This document shows positions 31,777 through 41,470 of a stretch of 64,000 nt of DNA, one piece after another. The stretch is from positions 50,818 to 114,817 of IMG/VR virus record IMGVR_UViG_2728368993_000001. One strand, given 5' to 3'. Position 1 is the first letter of the stretch. The number at the start of each line of letters is the position of its first letter. This stretch comes from a virus. Taxonomy: Duplodnaviria > Caudoviricetes. The position numbers and the translations under genes were made by a program. The notes under the pieces are model-generated. The model was given only the letters and a program-made list of their open reading frames with translations. It did not search any database and was not told the DNA's origin.

Positions 31777-31974
31777 TCACTTCCGACCACGTCGCTTTGC
31801 TTTACTCTTCTTTTCTTCAGCCTTTTCGTTTTCAATCTTAATTTGAACAGACGCAATAACCATTGCTTTCTCAAACTTAGGCAGATTCAAGAACTCTGAC
31901 GGCCATTTATGAAGCTTATGAAGGCAGTAATACGCGACATTCGCTTCATAATCGCCGTCATTGATTAGTTTTTT
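31777..31974 (-). CDS. Tail chaperone C-terminal extension via -1 frameshift (GT product)
   Basis: A AAA AAC at 31968-31974 before the stop; -1 frame reads LINDGDYEANVAYYCLHKLHKWPSEFLNLP... Confidence 0.85.
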   Translation of the reverse strand, partial: KKLINDGDYEANVAYYCLHKLHKWPSEFLNLPKFEKAMVIASVQIKIENEKAEEKKSKAKRRGRK

Positions 31975-32390
31975 GCTTCTTCTACCGCATCTTCCATAGT
32001 GATTTCAAAACCATTTACTTCCTGAACCTTCGTTAAATAATCGGCATATTCACCAGGATTGAGCATTTTCTTTAGCATAGAATCATCACCCATCACCCCA
32101 TAACTGTTTTGGAGTTCAGCGTCGTTTAGATTTGGGAATACAGTACACTTGGCTGCCAGTTTCCCTAGATATTTCGGATAATCAGTTTCCGGAACAAACT
32201 GATTTTTCTTTCCTGGCACTGGTACGCGTCGAGTGCAAGACTTTCTCAATGCCTCATCTTCTTCCGATGTAATAGCACAGATTTCCCACTCGATTGGCTT
32301 GCCATCCTCTACAAATCGTTTAGATGCAACGTACTTTTCATTTTCAACCTTCAATGCGTTTTGACTCAAAAATGCGCTTAAATTACTCAT
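31965..32390 (-). CDS. xkdN: XkdN-like tail assembly chaperone
   Basis: FPNLNDAELQNSYGVMG, PGEY, EEAKN end. Confidence 0.9.
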   Translation of the reverse strand: MSNLSAFLSQNALKVENEKYVASKRFVEDGKPIEWEICAITSEEDEALRKSCTRRVPVPGKKNQFVPETDYPKYLGKLAAKCTVFPNLNDAELQNSYGVMGDDSMLKKMLNPGEYADYLTKVQEVNGFEITMEDAVEEAKN

Positions 32391-32413
32391 AAATAAATTC
32401 CTCCTAAATTGTA

Positions 32414-32442
32414 ATAGGTATTTTCTCACTTCTTGTCGAAAT
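32414..32442 (+). promoter_or_regulatory. SigH-like promoter of the antisense moron
   Basis: ATAGGTATTT...TGTCGAAAT followed by AAGGAGG RBS. Confidence 0.6.
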
Positions 32443-32458
32443 AGGACTATAGAAGGAG

Positions 32459-32785
32459 GTGGTAATTATGAAAATTAAAGGAATGAAGGAACTTCAAAAA
32501 CAACTTAAGAATATGGAACGTGGCGCTAAAGAACTTCAAAAAACAAAAAGTGCTTCCTTTGATGAATTATTTATTCAATCGTTCATGAGAAAAAACACCC
32601 AGTTCAATTCATTTGATGAGTTTTTAACAGCTGGTAATTTTATTGTTGAAACTCAAGAAGATTTTGAAGCTATTCCAGATGAGGACATGGATCAACATGT
32701 TGCCAAAACGACTACCTTTAAAGATTGGCAAACCATGCTCGATACTGCCGCAAGTGAATATGCTTTAAGAAAACTAGGTTTTTAA
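32459..32785 (+). CDS. Hypothetical moron protein antisense to the tail operon
   Basis: 108-aa ORF with own promoter and RBS. Confidence 0.85.
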   Translation: MVIMKIKGMKELQKQLKNMERGAKELQKTKSASFDELFIQSFMRKNTQFNSFDEFLTAGNFIVETQEDFEAIPDEDMDQHVAKTTTFKDWQTMLDTAASEYALRKLGF

Positions 32786-32922
32786 TTTATTTTCGATTCT
32801 ATATCTAACTCGAAGCCATCAATTTGTTGAAGAATTTCTTGAAGTTGTTCAGAGAGAGTTGCAGCTCTCTCTAACAATTTCTGTAACTCCTCTATATTCT
32901 TTATTCGGATTTTCGCCTTCAA
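32782..32922 (-). CDS. 46-aa ORF convergent with the moron (not in ORF track)
   Basis: MKAKIRIKNIEELQKLLERAATLSEQLQEILQQIDGFELDIESKIN; GGGGTG RBS, TTG start; overlapping stops. Confidence 0.7.
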   Translation of the reverse strand: MKAKIRIKNIEELQKLLERAATLSEQLQEILQQIDGFELDIESKIN

Positions 32923-32968
32923 AGATATCCACCCCATTCAAAATAAAGCTTTTTTTAATAAGAGAGTT

Positions 32969-33484
32969 TTATTGCATACCTGCTAACATTTTGAACTTTT
33001 CTGGAATTTCAAAGTCATCAAAGGTAAAATCCATATCCTCATCCAAGTATTCTGCATCAGCATCGAATTTAGCAAGGATGCCGCCATCGATATTACAATC
33101 TTTTAGAATGACAGTTTGACGACCAACGGAAGACGTTGGGTCCTCATTAGTGATTTGGATATCAAAATAAATATCCTCACCAGTCTTTTTATATCGATAC
33201 AACAATTCACGAAAAATCGAAGTGTTATAGTGGAATGTCGCAGATCCACTACCTGTCCACCCAGTTGATTTGTTACCTCGCCCTGTACGACCGAGGATAG
33301 GAACCTCACTTTTTTGTTTTTCGACTGATGCCTCTAGATTGATAGCTTGCATAAAGTTATAACGATTGCCGTTTAGCGTGACAAAACATTCAGCAAGTGA
33401 AGCGCTGACAGCATCTTTGGCGTTCATTGATTGAGCAAAATGTTGTAAATCCAATCGTAAAAGATCTATTTTCTTATCATTCAT
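32969..33484 (-). CDS. xkdM: Tail tube protein XkdM
   Basis: GWTGSGSATFHYNTS, NEDPTSSVGRQT, DFTFDD. Confidence 0.93.
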   Translation of the reverse strand: MNDKKIDLLRLDLQHFAQSMNAKDAVSASLAECFVTLNGNRYNFMQAINLEASVEKQKSEVPILGRTGRGNKSTGWTGSGSATFHYNTSIFRELLYRYKKTGEDIYFDIQITNEDPTSSVGRQTVILKDCNIDGGILAKFDADAEYLDEDMDFTFDDFEIPEKFKMLAGMQ

Positions 33485-33501
33485 ACTTACAGCCCCTTTC
33501 A

Positions 33502-34812
33502 TTATTTTACTGATACTGTCATATATAATTGGGCCATCGCGTTTGTAACCGTCACAGCATCACTAACAACAACTGATTTCTTTGAATCACCTTGTTCAAC
33601 AGTAACTAGGTCTGCATTAAAATCTTCAATTGCTTGAATTTGCTCTAGCTCTTGATGATGTTTGACGATATCATTCCAAAAGCCAATACGGCCAGATGGA
33701 TTGTTTTGAATCTTACCGAGATAACGAGTATTAAACAGTACAGCAATATCATTAGCGATTTGATCTAGCACCCTAATTGTTTGGTTATATTTGAAATCAT
33801 CATTTTTTTCTTGAGTAAACGATACGAATGTATTGATATCTTCTAGCACTCGCACTTCATCGCCCACACGGTGGAAAATAAATTTACCTGCTTTCAAAGC
33901 ATCTTGTAGTTGCATTTGCTTATAGTTCACATCTACTGTAAATTCACCGTCATACTTTTTATTCGTATTCGATTTATTGACGGGACACCCTGCCTCGGCT
34001 CCAGTTACCCAATAAACTAAAGAGGATTCATTCACACCTGCATCCGTCACTTTATTTTCAACAGAGATAATTCCTTCATAATCAGCCGAATTCACCTTAT
34101 AAAGCACTGTTTGGAACTTAGCCCCTATATCTTCTCTTAAACGTTTAGTGAAGGCGGTATACAATGCCTTGACTGCTTCTGTTGTAGTTAAGCAACCAAG
34201 CGTATGGAAGCTAAATGCTTCAATTTTATCTAAAAACGTTTGATGATCATCGCCTGTAATGGAACTCGCATTAGTTCCCCCTGTCAAAGGTACCCCTGCC
34301 GACACAGCTAAGGTTGCACCTGTTTTAAATTGAACAAAATCATTATTAATCAGTTTAGTTGCAGAAGAAACCGTCTGAATATCCACTTTCTTATTACCAA
34401 GCAAAGTGGATACATCGAAATCAGATGGATTATCAGCATTTTTTGTGATCACTATCTTTAAATCATTTCCTCTAGTACCACTATATCTCGCTGAAGCAAA
34501 GGTATTTTGAGCTTTCACGCCCTTACCAAGGCGGAATAAATGTAGTGTTCTAGCATTCAAGAACAACTCCCTAATCCCAATCAATTTTTCATGAGTGTAA
34601 TCATATCCAAAAAGAGATTGAGAATCCTGTTGGAAAGCCTCGTGATGAACAGTAAAAACGGCTTCCTCTTCTCCCCAATCGAGTTCGAGGGCAAACGCTG
34701 CCACGCCACGATCAGATAGTGATGAGCTTGCTCTAGCTGCACTAACAAAGTTTATATATGAACCTGGTAATACTTTGTTTTGACTAGTAAATGTACCTCC
34801 ACCTAATGCCAT
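33502..34812 (-). CDS. xkdK: Tail sheath protein XkdK
   Basis: GGTFTSQNKVLPGSYINF, DINTF, IRVLDQIAND. Confidence 0.95.
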   Translation of the reverse strand: MALGGGTFTSQNKVLPGSYINFVSAARASSSLSDRGVAAFALELDWGEEEAVFTVHHEAFQQDSQSLFGYDYTHEKLIGIRELFLNARTLHLFRLGKGVKAQNTFASARYSGTRGNDLKIVITKNADNPSDFDVSTLLGNKKVDIQTVSSATKLINNDFVQFKTGATLAVSAGVPLTGGTNASSITGDDHQTFLDKIEAFSFHTLGCLTTTEAVKALYTAFTKRLREDIGAKFQTVLYKVNSADYEGIISVENKVTDAGVNESSLVYWVTGAEAGCPVNKSNTNKKYDGEFTVDVNYKQMQLQDALKAGKFIFHRVGDEVRVLEDINTFVSFTQEKNDDFKYNQTIRVLDQIANDIAVLFNTRYLGKIQNNPSGRIGFWNDIVKHHQELEQIQAIEDFNADLVTVEQGDSKKSVVVSDAVTVTNAMAQLYMTVSVK

Positions 34813-34998
34813 TTAGTTCACCTTACCTTTCAAAAAGCCTTTTATTTCTGTTTCTACTTGTTTGAGGGTATACGTTTGATTATCTTTTAATAGAGCTTCT
34901 ACAAGATCCTGCTGTACTCTATATTGATCTGATGCCAAAATCTGTTTTTTTGTAAAAACAGGTTCATCTTTACCTAAAGAATCTTTTTTCTTTGTCAC
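34813..34998 (-). CDS. Small tail-region protein
   Basis: FTKKQIL...DLVEALL; precedes the sheath gene. Confidence 0.75.
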   Translation of the reverse strand: MTKKKDSLGKDEPVFTKKQILASDQYRVQQDLVEALLKDNQTYTLKQVETEIKGFLKGKVN

Positions 34999-35435
34999 GA
35001 ATTAACCCCCTCTCTCAAACCACTTTTTACAGATAACCCTTCCATTTCATCATCCTGAACAGTTTCTTTTCTGACAAATAGGTTATAATTAACGAAAAAA
35101 TGAAGCACCCCATCGAATGCCTCACTATTTAAATTTGTGCCACGAACAAGATCACCATTAACAGTGATGTATTCCAGAGCATCAGTTAATTCCTCGGCAA
35201 TCTCATTTAATTCAATGTTTTTTTCATGCTCACTTTTAGGGAAATAGTGGATATCGAAAAAGTGTTCCCTGAAATATCGTGGCCCGATGATTTGAGTCTG
35301 ACCGAAGCGCAAAAAGGCAATAAAAAAACAAGGCTCATTAAAACCCTGCTTGATTTCTTCGCTATATATATCGTATTCATCCCCAAACACTTGATTCAGC
35401 TTAATAGAGATGCCATCAACGATACTATTAATCAC
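34995..35435 (-). CDS. Tail terminator-type protein
   Basis: QGFNEPCFFI, FDIHYFP, DGVLHFFVNY. Confidence 0.82.
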   Translation of the reverse strand: MINSIVDGISIKLNQVFGDEYDIYSEEIKQGFNEPCFFIAFLRFGQTQIIGPRYFREHFFDIHYFPKSEHEKNIELNEIAEELTDALEYITVNGDLVRGTNLNSEAFDGVLHFFVNYNLFVRKETVQDDEMEGLSVKSGLREGVNS

Positions 35436-35934
35436 TAAAACACTTCCTTAGGAATTCTTCTACTTTCCGATCAACAATTTTCTGAGACTGTGATCTTAAT
35501 TCATCCTCTGAGATTGTCAGCATAAATTGCCCCTTCACCCAGCCTTTATGAGATCGAGTCCTATGTCCAAATTCCACGTAAGGGGCATAATGAACGGGAT
35601 TTATGACCTCGATTTGAAACACATGCCCAGTTTTAGTAACAGGTAATGATTCTGCATAAGCTTTGGCGCTTTTATTAGATGATGAAGCCGCTGCCTCCGC
35701 ATGTGTTTTGGCAGTCCACCCACGTCTTAAAGTACCCCCATTTTTACCTGAAGAATTTGGATATTGACCAACAGGAGTACGTTTAATTACTTTCGCAAGC
35801 AACCGAGCAGCAAGCTCCTTAGCAACACCCTCACAAAACTTTTCGAACTCTCTGCTCTGCAGTTTTTCCATTCTCTTTTGCAGATTTTTCAACTGCTGGA
35901 AATCAACACTACCCCACCTAGCCATTATGCCCAC
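35428..35934 (-). CDS. HK97 gp10-family neck protein
   Basis: TPV, GTLRRGW, YAPYVEFGHRT. Confidence 0.9.
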   Translation of the reverse strand: MGIMARWGSVDFQQLKNLQKRMEKLQSREFEKFCEGVAKELAARLLAKVIKRTPVGQYPNSSGKNGGTLRRGWTAKTHAEAAASSSNKSAKAYAESLPVTKTGHVFQIEVINPVHYAPYVEFGHRTRSHKGWVKGQFMLTISEDELRSQSQKIVDRKVEEFLRKCFSD

Positions 35935-36290
35935 CCATCGAAAAGATTTAAGGCGATTTCTTGATGGGTAGAGTAGACTGCCGGAACCCCGCTATGGGAG
36001 TAATCCGTAGTCCTCCCATCTTGGGTAACTGTAATTTTTGACCCTGCTTTTATAATAATTTCTGGTGCTATAAATAGCTTTGTCACTTGAGATATAGTAG
36101 GTGCATTATCAAATTCGCTTGCAGAGGACACTGTTTTAAAGGATAAACGACAAGGTTGATTCTCTAAAACGGTCACTTCTGTTTGCCTCGTCCTTTTTGT
36201 CTCTGGGTCCTTTATCGACTGATATTCAGCAATTGTACATATTCCCATATACAATTTTTCAATCAATTTTCGATGACGAGTCATGCTCAT
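35925..36290 (-). CDS. Head closure-type protein
   Basis: QPCRLS, KLFIAPE, IKAGSKITVTQ, HQE. Confidence 0.8.
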   Translation of the reverse strand: MSMTRHRKLIEKLYMGICTIAEYQSIKDPETKRTRQTEVTVLENQPCRLSFKTVSSASEFDNAPTISQVTKLFIAPEIIIKAGSKITVTQDGRTTDYSHSGVPAVYSTHQEIALNLFDGWA

Positions 36291-36664
36291 ATTGCTCTAA
36301 GCTTCCTAAATTTGTTGAGTTCATGAGTGTAATTTAAAACTAAAGTGTCAAGACTGCCCTTTGATGCACTGGTAATGTCATTGCCTTTATTGCCATAAGA
36401 CACGTTGGTATCACCTAATTTAACGGAAGAAACACCTTCACTGACATTATCTATAATCGCTTCCTCGTTCGGATGCTCAATACGAAGAATATCCATGACC
36501 ATGGATGCCCAGACAAATTTAAGGGCCTCTGGTATCTCACCTATATTGCAATATAGCTTGATTTTCCACTCTATTTGCTCTATATAATCCATGATTAGTT
36601 CAACAAGAGAATCATCAGTCAGTTTCAATCGGCGTTTGACGATAGCAAGAATTTTATCATTCAT
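36287..36664 (-). CDS. Head-tail connector
   Basis: YCNIGEIP, SVKLGDTNVSY, LNKFRKL. Confidence 0.85.
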   Translation of the reverse strand: MNDKILAIVKRRLKLTDDSLVELIMDYIEQIEWKIKLYCNIGEIPEALKFVWASMVMDILRIEHPNEEAIIDNVSEGVSSVKLGDTNVSYGNKGNDITSASKGSLDTLVLNYTHELNKFRKLRAI

Positions 36665-36878
36665 CGATTAGTCCACCATTTAAAAATGCAGCATGTTCTG
36701 ATTTGAGAATTTCAATTTTCTCACCTTTTTTATATCGATCTTGCCCATATTTAATATTACTTTTCAAAATTACCTTAACGGTTTTTTCCTTTTTAGGTGT
36801 CTCCGGCTTTTGCTCAGCCTCAGAAGTCTCATTGAATTTTTCTTCAAGATCAGTTGCATTTTCATTATTCTTAGACAT
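36657..36878 (-). CDS. Small head-region protein
   Basis: ORF after the capsid gene with RBS. Confidence 0.7.
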   Translation of the reverse strand: MSKNNENATDLEEKFNETSEAEQKPETPKKEKTVKVILKSNIKYGQDRYKKGEKIEILKSEHAAFLNGGLIDE

Positions 36879-36926
36879 ATGAAAATCTCCTTTCTAAATT
36901 AAATAAGGAAAGGTATTACCCTCCCC

Positions 36927-37970
36927 TTAATTAACTTTCGCAATAAAAATATTATCGATTGTTTCAAAGCTTGGTAAAATGATCATACTGACGATGGTTT
37001 CAACGTTTACTGGATGAGGCTCTTTAATAGTGGTAACAGCTACACCAGTATTCACAATAGAAACATCTGCAGTCGCATTACCAGCCATCAAGTCAGACTC
37101 CTCAGGTGTTGTTCCATAATACGTACTCCCTAGGTTGCCATCAGGAATCAACGTGAAATAATCATCTGGATAGAAATTATGCAGCGATCCGTCCTCAGCA
37201 CGGTATTTCTTGTTATAAACAGCAACAGAAAGTCCTAACTTAGCAGATAGGTATTGTTTTAACATTGACTCAGTCATGATAATGTTTTGTCCCCCCAGAG
37301 GGTTCATATCAAGACGGATACTCTTATGCTCAAGCAACGAGGTAAAAGTTTTTCGAGACACGATTGCATTAGTCGGACGAACACCCGTATTATCTTCCAC
37401 TGTGTCCATCCAGGTTAATATATCTTGAATTGGAGTTGAACCTTGATCGCTCCATTGTGCACCTGCAGTTAATGTTTCCTTGTGATCATTTTTCATCTTG
37501 TAATCATAATCGTAATCTAAACGATTGGCCGTAATGCGGATTTTTCCTGTAGAGAGCAATTGCATAATCATTCTCTCTGGCTGCACCATTGCTCCATTTA
37601 CAAGATTAGTGATGTCATCATAAATATTATTGATAACCGGCATAATCATGCTATCAAGGTTAGATGTAGCAAGACGATTCAATTCTTGGCGATCTTTTTC
37701 CCCAATCCTCATCGCTTCACGGAAGAAAGGCATCTCAGTTTGTACTTTATCGAATCCAATACGGTCTCTAAGAGTTGCCTTAGAATCGAACTCAGATGGC
37801 ATAAGGGCGACTGGTAACCCCTTTGAACCCTTAATCCAGCTCAAGTCCAGACCAAGCTGCTTCTTGGCAGGGAAAAGAACGGAACCTAGATATGGAATGG
37901 TGTTTGAAGGGTTAGTCTGGTAATAGGTTGCAATATTATTTGAATTCACTAAATCAAAGATTGTTGGCAT
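36927..37970 (-). CDS. Major capsid protein (E family)
   Basis: LFPAKKQLG, MPFFRE, YGTTPEE. Confidence 0.92.
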   Translation of the reverse strand: MPTIFDLVNSNNIATYYQTNPSNTIPYLGSVLFPAKKQLGLDLSWIKGSKGLPVALMPSEFDSKATLRDRIGFDKVQTEMPFFREAMRIGEKDRQELNRLATSNLDSMIMPVINNIYDDITNLVNGAMVQPERMIMQLLSTGKIRITANRLDYDYDYKMKNDHKETLTAGAQWSDQGSTPIQDILTWMDTVEDNTGVRPTNAIVSRKTFTSLLEHKSIRLDMNPLGGQNIIMTESMLKQYLSAKLGLSVAVYNKKYRAEDGSLHNFYPDDYFTLIPDGNLGSTYYGTTPEESDLMAGNATADVSIVNTGVAVTTIKEPHPVNVETIVSMIILPSFETIDNIFIAKVN

Positions 37971-37985
37971 ATAATCATTCCTCTC

Positions 37986-38342
37986 TTATTTCAAAAATGT
38001 GACTTGCTTTAGTGCAGTTACCGCTTCAGCAACTGGTGCGGCAGGAATCTTGTTTAAGTCCACGAATCCATGAATAAGCATCGCTGCTGGAGCTGGGCCA
38101 TAGGTAACATCCGTATCATTGAACAAGACACCTTCTGAACCTACCCCATTTACTGCTTTTACTTTTTTAGAAGGGTCGGCAAGAATCCCCCCACCAAGGA
38201 TAGTACCAGCAGGAACAATTTTCTTTCCATTAACAGCAGTAATGCCTGCATCATCTACCGTCACCGCTACGTTCACATAATGATCTGGGAACTTTAAAAT
38301 CCCTTTTTTATTTGAATGGCTTTCAACTACAAATTTACTCAT
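37986..38342 (-). CDS. Head decoration protein
   Basis: GKKIVPAGT, GVLFNDTDVTYG, IHGFV. Confidence 0.8.
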   Translation of the reverse strand: MSKFVVESHSNKKGILKFPDHYVNVAVTVDDAGITAVNGKKIVPAGTILGGGILADPSKKVKAVNGVGSEGVLFNDTDVTYGPAPAAMLIHGFVDLNKIPAAPVAEAVTALKQVTFLK

Positions 38343-38355
38343 TCAATATTCCTCC

Positions 38356-39036
38356 TTAGTTAAAATAGTGGCCGCGGGCTTTTTCAAGGGCTTCTGAATT
38401 TTGCGTTAAAGCCTCAGCTGCCTTTTTACCATAGTTAATCGCACCAGACGCAGAACCACCTCCTGGTGTTGAACCTTTAAGTCTTTCTTCTACTGCAGTT
38501 TGGACTGATTCACGAAAAGCTTTTTCAAATGTGTCCACATTCAATTTCGTTTTCTCTGCATCAGATGCAAGTAAAAGTTCAGCGAAATCGATAGGTAACT
38601 TCTTTTCATTTAAGATTTTAATAGTTTCAATTTTGAGCTCTCTTTGTTGGATAGATAGTTCCCTATCCTCGATATCCTTTTTCTGTTTATCTAGAAGAGC
38701 CTGTTCTTTCTCAGAAGCAGACATTTTAGCAAGCTTCTCAGCCTCTACTTTCTCAGCATCAAGTTTGGTTTTAAAATCTTGTTCCCATTGTGCTTGAGCT
38801 GTTTTCAAAGCTTCAGCAATTTTTTTATCTGTTTCACTTTGCAGAAGCGTTTGCAGTTCCTCTTGCGATTTTGGTAGCTCCGTTCCTGCTGGTGGATCTC
38901 CTTGGCCTCCGACTTGACCTGCTCCAGGATCATTTCCACCTCCTCCTGCCGCGCCAACTCCTGCGCCTCCACCTGAATCTGGTGCTAATAATGGAACCCC
39001 AACAAACCTACCACCAATCTTTTTGAACATTTTCAT
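38356..39036 (-). CDS. Scaffold protein (DUF4355)
   Basis: EAEKLAKMS, AVEERLKGSTP. Confidence 0.87.
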   Translation of the reverse strand: MKMFKKIGGRFVGVPLLAPDSGGGAGVGAAGGGGNDPGAGQVGGQGDPPAGTELPKSQEELQTLLQSETDKKIAEALKTAQAQWEQDFKTKLDAEKVEAEKLAKMSASEKEQALLDKQKKDIEDRELSIQQRELKIETIKILNEKKLPIDFAELLLASDAEKTKLNVDTFEKAFRESVQTAVEERLKGSTPGGGSASGAINYGKKAAEALTQNSEALEKARGHYFN

Positions 39037-39092
39037 TCCTCCTAATGTCTTATAAAGTTCTTGTGCAAAATAAAAAGCCGCATTAATTGCGA

Positions 39093-40121
39093 CTAATTCG
39101 AAACGTATTTTTCTTTCCAAGCCTTATAACTCATATTTGCAGGCACATGATATGTTTTACCGTCAGACCCTCTTGCCGCCCTCTGACCAAAGTTGTCCTC
39201 GAAATAAGGAACTGTAACAGATCTGCACCAAGCGTGCAATGGGGGAGCAGTTATGCCGACCTGGTAATCTTTCATATCGAATACTTTCCCATCAAGGTCC
39301 TGACAAACCTTACTGGTCTTTAAATCGAGAGTTGCCACCATCTCAAACTTTTCAACGTTCAGATCATTGAAAGTCTCTTTTTGTGATGCAGAAGCAAAGA
39401 ATGCTGATTCGGTCATAACTAGCCTTCCAGCTTTCTTTCTAGAAACGTCAAATCTCTCAGAAATTGTTTTGATTACCTTGTCTGGTGCATCTCCTCTAAC
39501 GATGGATTGTGTCAGTTCAGTGTGAAGGACATTCACCAATTCAGTTTTGTTCTTCCAGATACGGTCTGAAAAGTTTAATCCATCCGGCGCCCATGGCTTT
39601 GAAGCAATTCTTTCAATTCTCTTTGTATCTATAGCAGGGATTGCCCAACCAACACTAATTCCCTTTTGGATTTCGAATGCTGATTTGTAATATCCATCAG
39701 AAATAATACTAGAAGCTAAAGAATTGATGGAACCATTTTGGCTCCCATAAAGCACTTCGATTTGCTGTTGAATTGGAAGCATCATTGCTTCCAACTTAGA
39801 GATATGAACCCTCGCAGAAGCATTCTCCAATTGTTTAAGCCATCTTTGGTTCAAAGCATTATCTTTCCCGTATTTGATGTAATCATTAACGTCCCAAAGA
39901 AATTCTTTAAGTTCCCCTTTACTTAATAGCTTCTTTGCATCCGAGAGGGAAATCTCATTATTGGACGCTAAACGGGTATACCATTTGAGCAGATCCTTTT
40001 CAAGACTTACCAAGGTTCTTTGATACTGCTTAGCTATTTCATTATTGGTTTGCTGCCCTTGCTGTATAAGATGAGATTCTAGATCTACAAATCTTTTCTT
40101 CCAGTAATCTCTTGATTTCAT
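39093..40121 (-). CDS. Minor capsid/head morphogenesis protein (SPP1 gp7-like)
   Basis: FSDRIW, RLVMTE, ATLD...C, PPLHAWCRS. Confidence 0.92.
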   Translation of the reverse strand: MKSRDYWKKRFVDLESHLIQQGQQTNNEIAKQYQRTLVSLEKDLLKWYTRLASNNEISLSDAKKLLSKGELKEFLWDVNDYIKYGKDNALNQRWLKQLENASARVHISKLEAMMLPIQQQIEVLYGSQNGSINSLASSIISDGYYKSAFEIQKGISVGWAIPAIDTKRIERIASKPWAPDGLNFSDRIWKNKTELVNVLHTELTQSIVRGDAPDKVIKTISERFDVSRKKAGRLVMTESAFFASASQKETFNDLNVEKFEMVATLDLKTSKVCQDLDGKVFDMKDYQVGITAPPLHAWCRSVTVPYFEDNFGQRAARGSDGKTYHVPANMSYKAWKEKYVSN

Positions 40122-41455
40122 TCTTGATCACCAGTATCCTCATTCCCTTTCTCAAAAGAATAAGGATCACTTTCGTCAATCATCTTCTTACGTTCCTCAT
40201 CCTTACGGGCAATCTCAGCATCCGCATCATCAACAAAAGGTAGCTGACTTAGTTGAGTTTTTTCGCTAAGTATACCTGATAAATCCTTAACCATATCCAC
40301 CAACTCTACAAGATTTCGAGGTATGTTTCTATGAAACTTAAGATTGATCTTATTGTAATCATATTGACCGCCTTTGATGTTAAGAAAATTAGTAATCATC
40401 CGCAGCCGTTTGATAAGGGGCGATTTGAATTTTCTCTCCTTGATAGATGCAATTTGTTCTAATCCCCAAAGCTTATACTTCATCGCTTCACCAGATACAT
40501 TTCCCGCGAATTTCTCATCAGTTAGATCTGGAACTTGGCTAATACGATGAATGTCTGTTTGGAGCCGTGTCTTATTATTTTCGGTGGCAGCATCATTAAT
40601 ATTCTTAATAAGCCAGTCAGCCTCACCTTCTGGTGGTATCAATAATACTCGATTTTCCTTCATTGTCTTGATATCAGTACCTTCAGTGGCATCCATACCA
40701 ACTAACTTAAGATAGGCATCTGTAAAATACTCAAAATCATTAGCCGTGTCAGATTGCGATTTATTATAAGCATCTATTAATGATAGAACAATCTCGAAGT
40801 CACCCATGAGTTCGTTGTTATTCGGATACTCAATGATTGGGACCTCTCCGAAGTAATGGTCTTTCCTCTCGAACTCTTCAAGGCGGCCGTTAGATGAATG
40901 GAAATATATAATTTCATCAGCAGTGTATACTTCTGCCTTGTCCAATTTCTCCCCAGTGATGATATTTTCAGTCTGATATTTTCTAATGGCGAAAATCATA
41001 GTTTCTTCAATATCATCCGAATAGACAGGAATAATGGTCTTTTTGTCAATCTCCTTGAATCGTACATTGGCGGTCTCATCCGCATAGACTAATTCAAAAG
41101 CACGTCCACACATGCTCATGGATTTAGCGAGTTCAAAATTGGTATCCTCTTCACAATTATCGTCTAAGATCTCGAATACCTGGTCAAGCAACGCTTTATC
41201 ATCGCTTTCGTAAGTAACAGGAACACCCATGAAGTAACCAGTTGCATTATCAGTGATTAGCTTCGCATAATTGATAACCAGCTTATTATTTGGTTTATCA
41301 GGTCCAACTTCTCTCTTAAGAATTTCATGTTCGCCAGTATAATATTTCTCGAGCTTATCAATACGCTTTTCTTCGAGCACACCCCACTTAGAGATAATAT
41401 TCGCTATCAGCAGGCCTGTAATTTCCGTACCCTTAGGTATCTTAATTTTAAGCAT
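40118..41455 (-). CDS. Portal protein (SPP1 gp6-like)
   Basis: YYTGEH, NNKLVINY, VPIIEYPNN, SGEAMKYK. Confidence 0.95.
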   Translation of the reverse strand: MLKIKIPKGTEITGLLIANIISKWGVLEEKRIDKLEKYYTGEHEILKREVGPDKPNNKLVINYAKLITDNATGYFMGVPVTYESDDKALLDQVFEILDDNCEEDTNFELAKSMSMCGRAFELVYADETANVRFKEIDKKTIIPVYSDDIEETMIFAIRKYQTENIITGEKLDKAEVYTADEIIYFHSSNGRLEEFERKDHYFGEVPIIEYPNNNELMGDFEIVLSLIDAYNKSQSDTANDFEYFTDAYLKLVGMDATEGTDIKTMKENRVLLIPPEGEADWLIKNINDAATENNKTRLQTDIHRISQVPDLTDEKFAGNVSGEAMKYKLWGLEQIASIKERKFKSPLIKRLRMITNFLNIKGGQYDYNKINLKFHRNIPRNLVELVDMVKDLSGILSEKTQLSQLPFVDDADAEIARKDEERKKMIDESDPYSFEKGNEDTGDQE

Positions 41456-41470
41456 TAAACAACACCACCT

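Noticed and set aside
16425-36000. Headless tailocin/PBSX-like defective element
   Set aside because: Full head, packaging, replication and integrase modules are present
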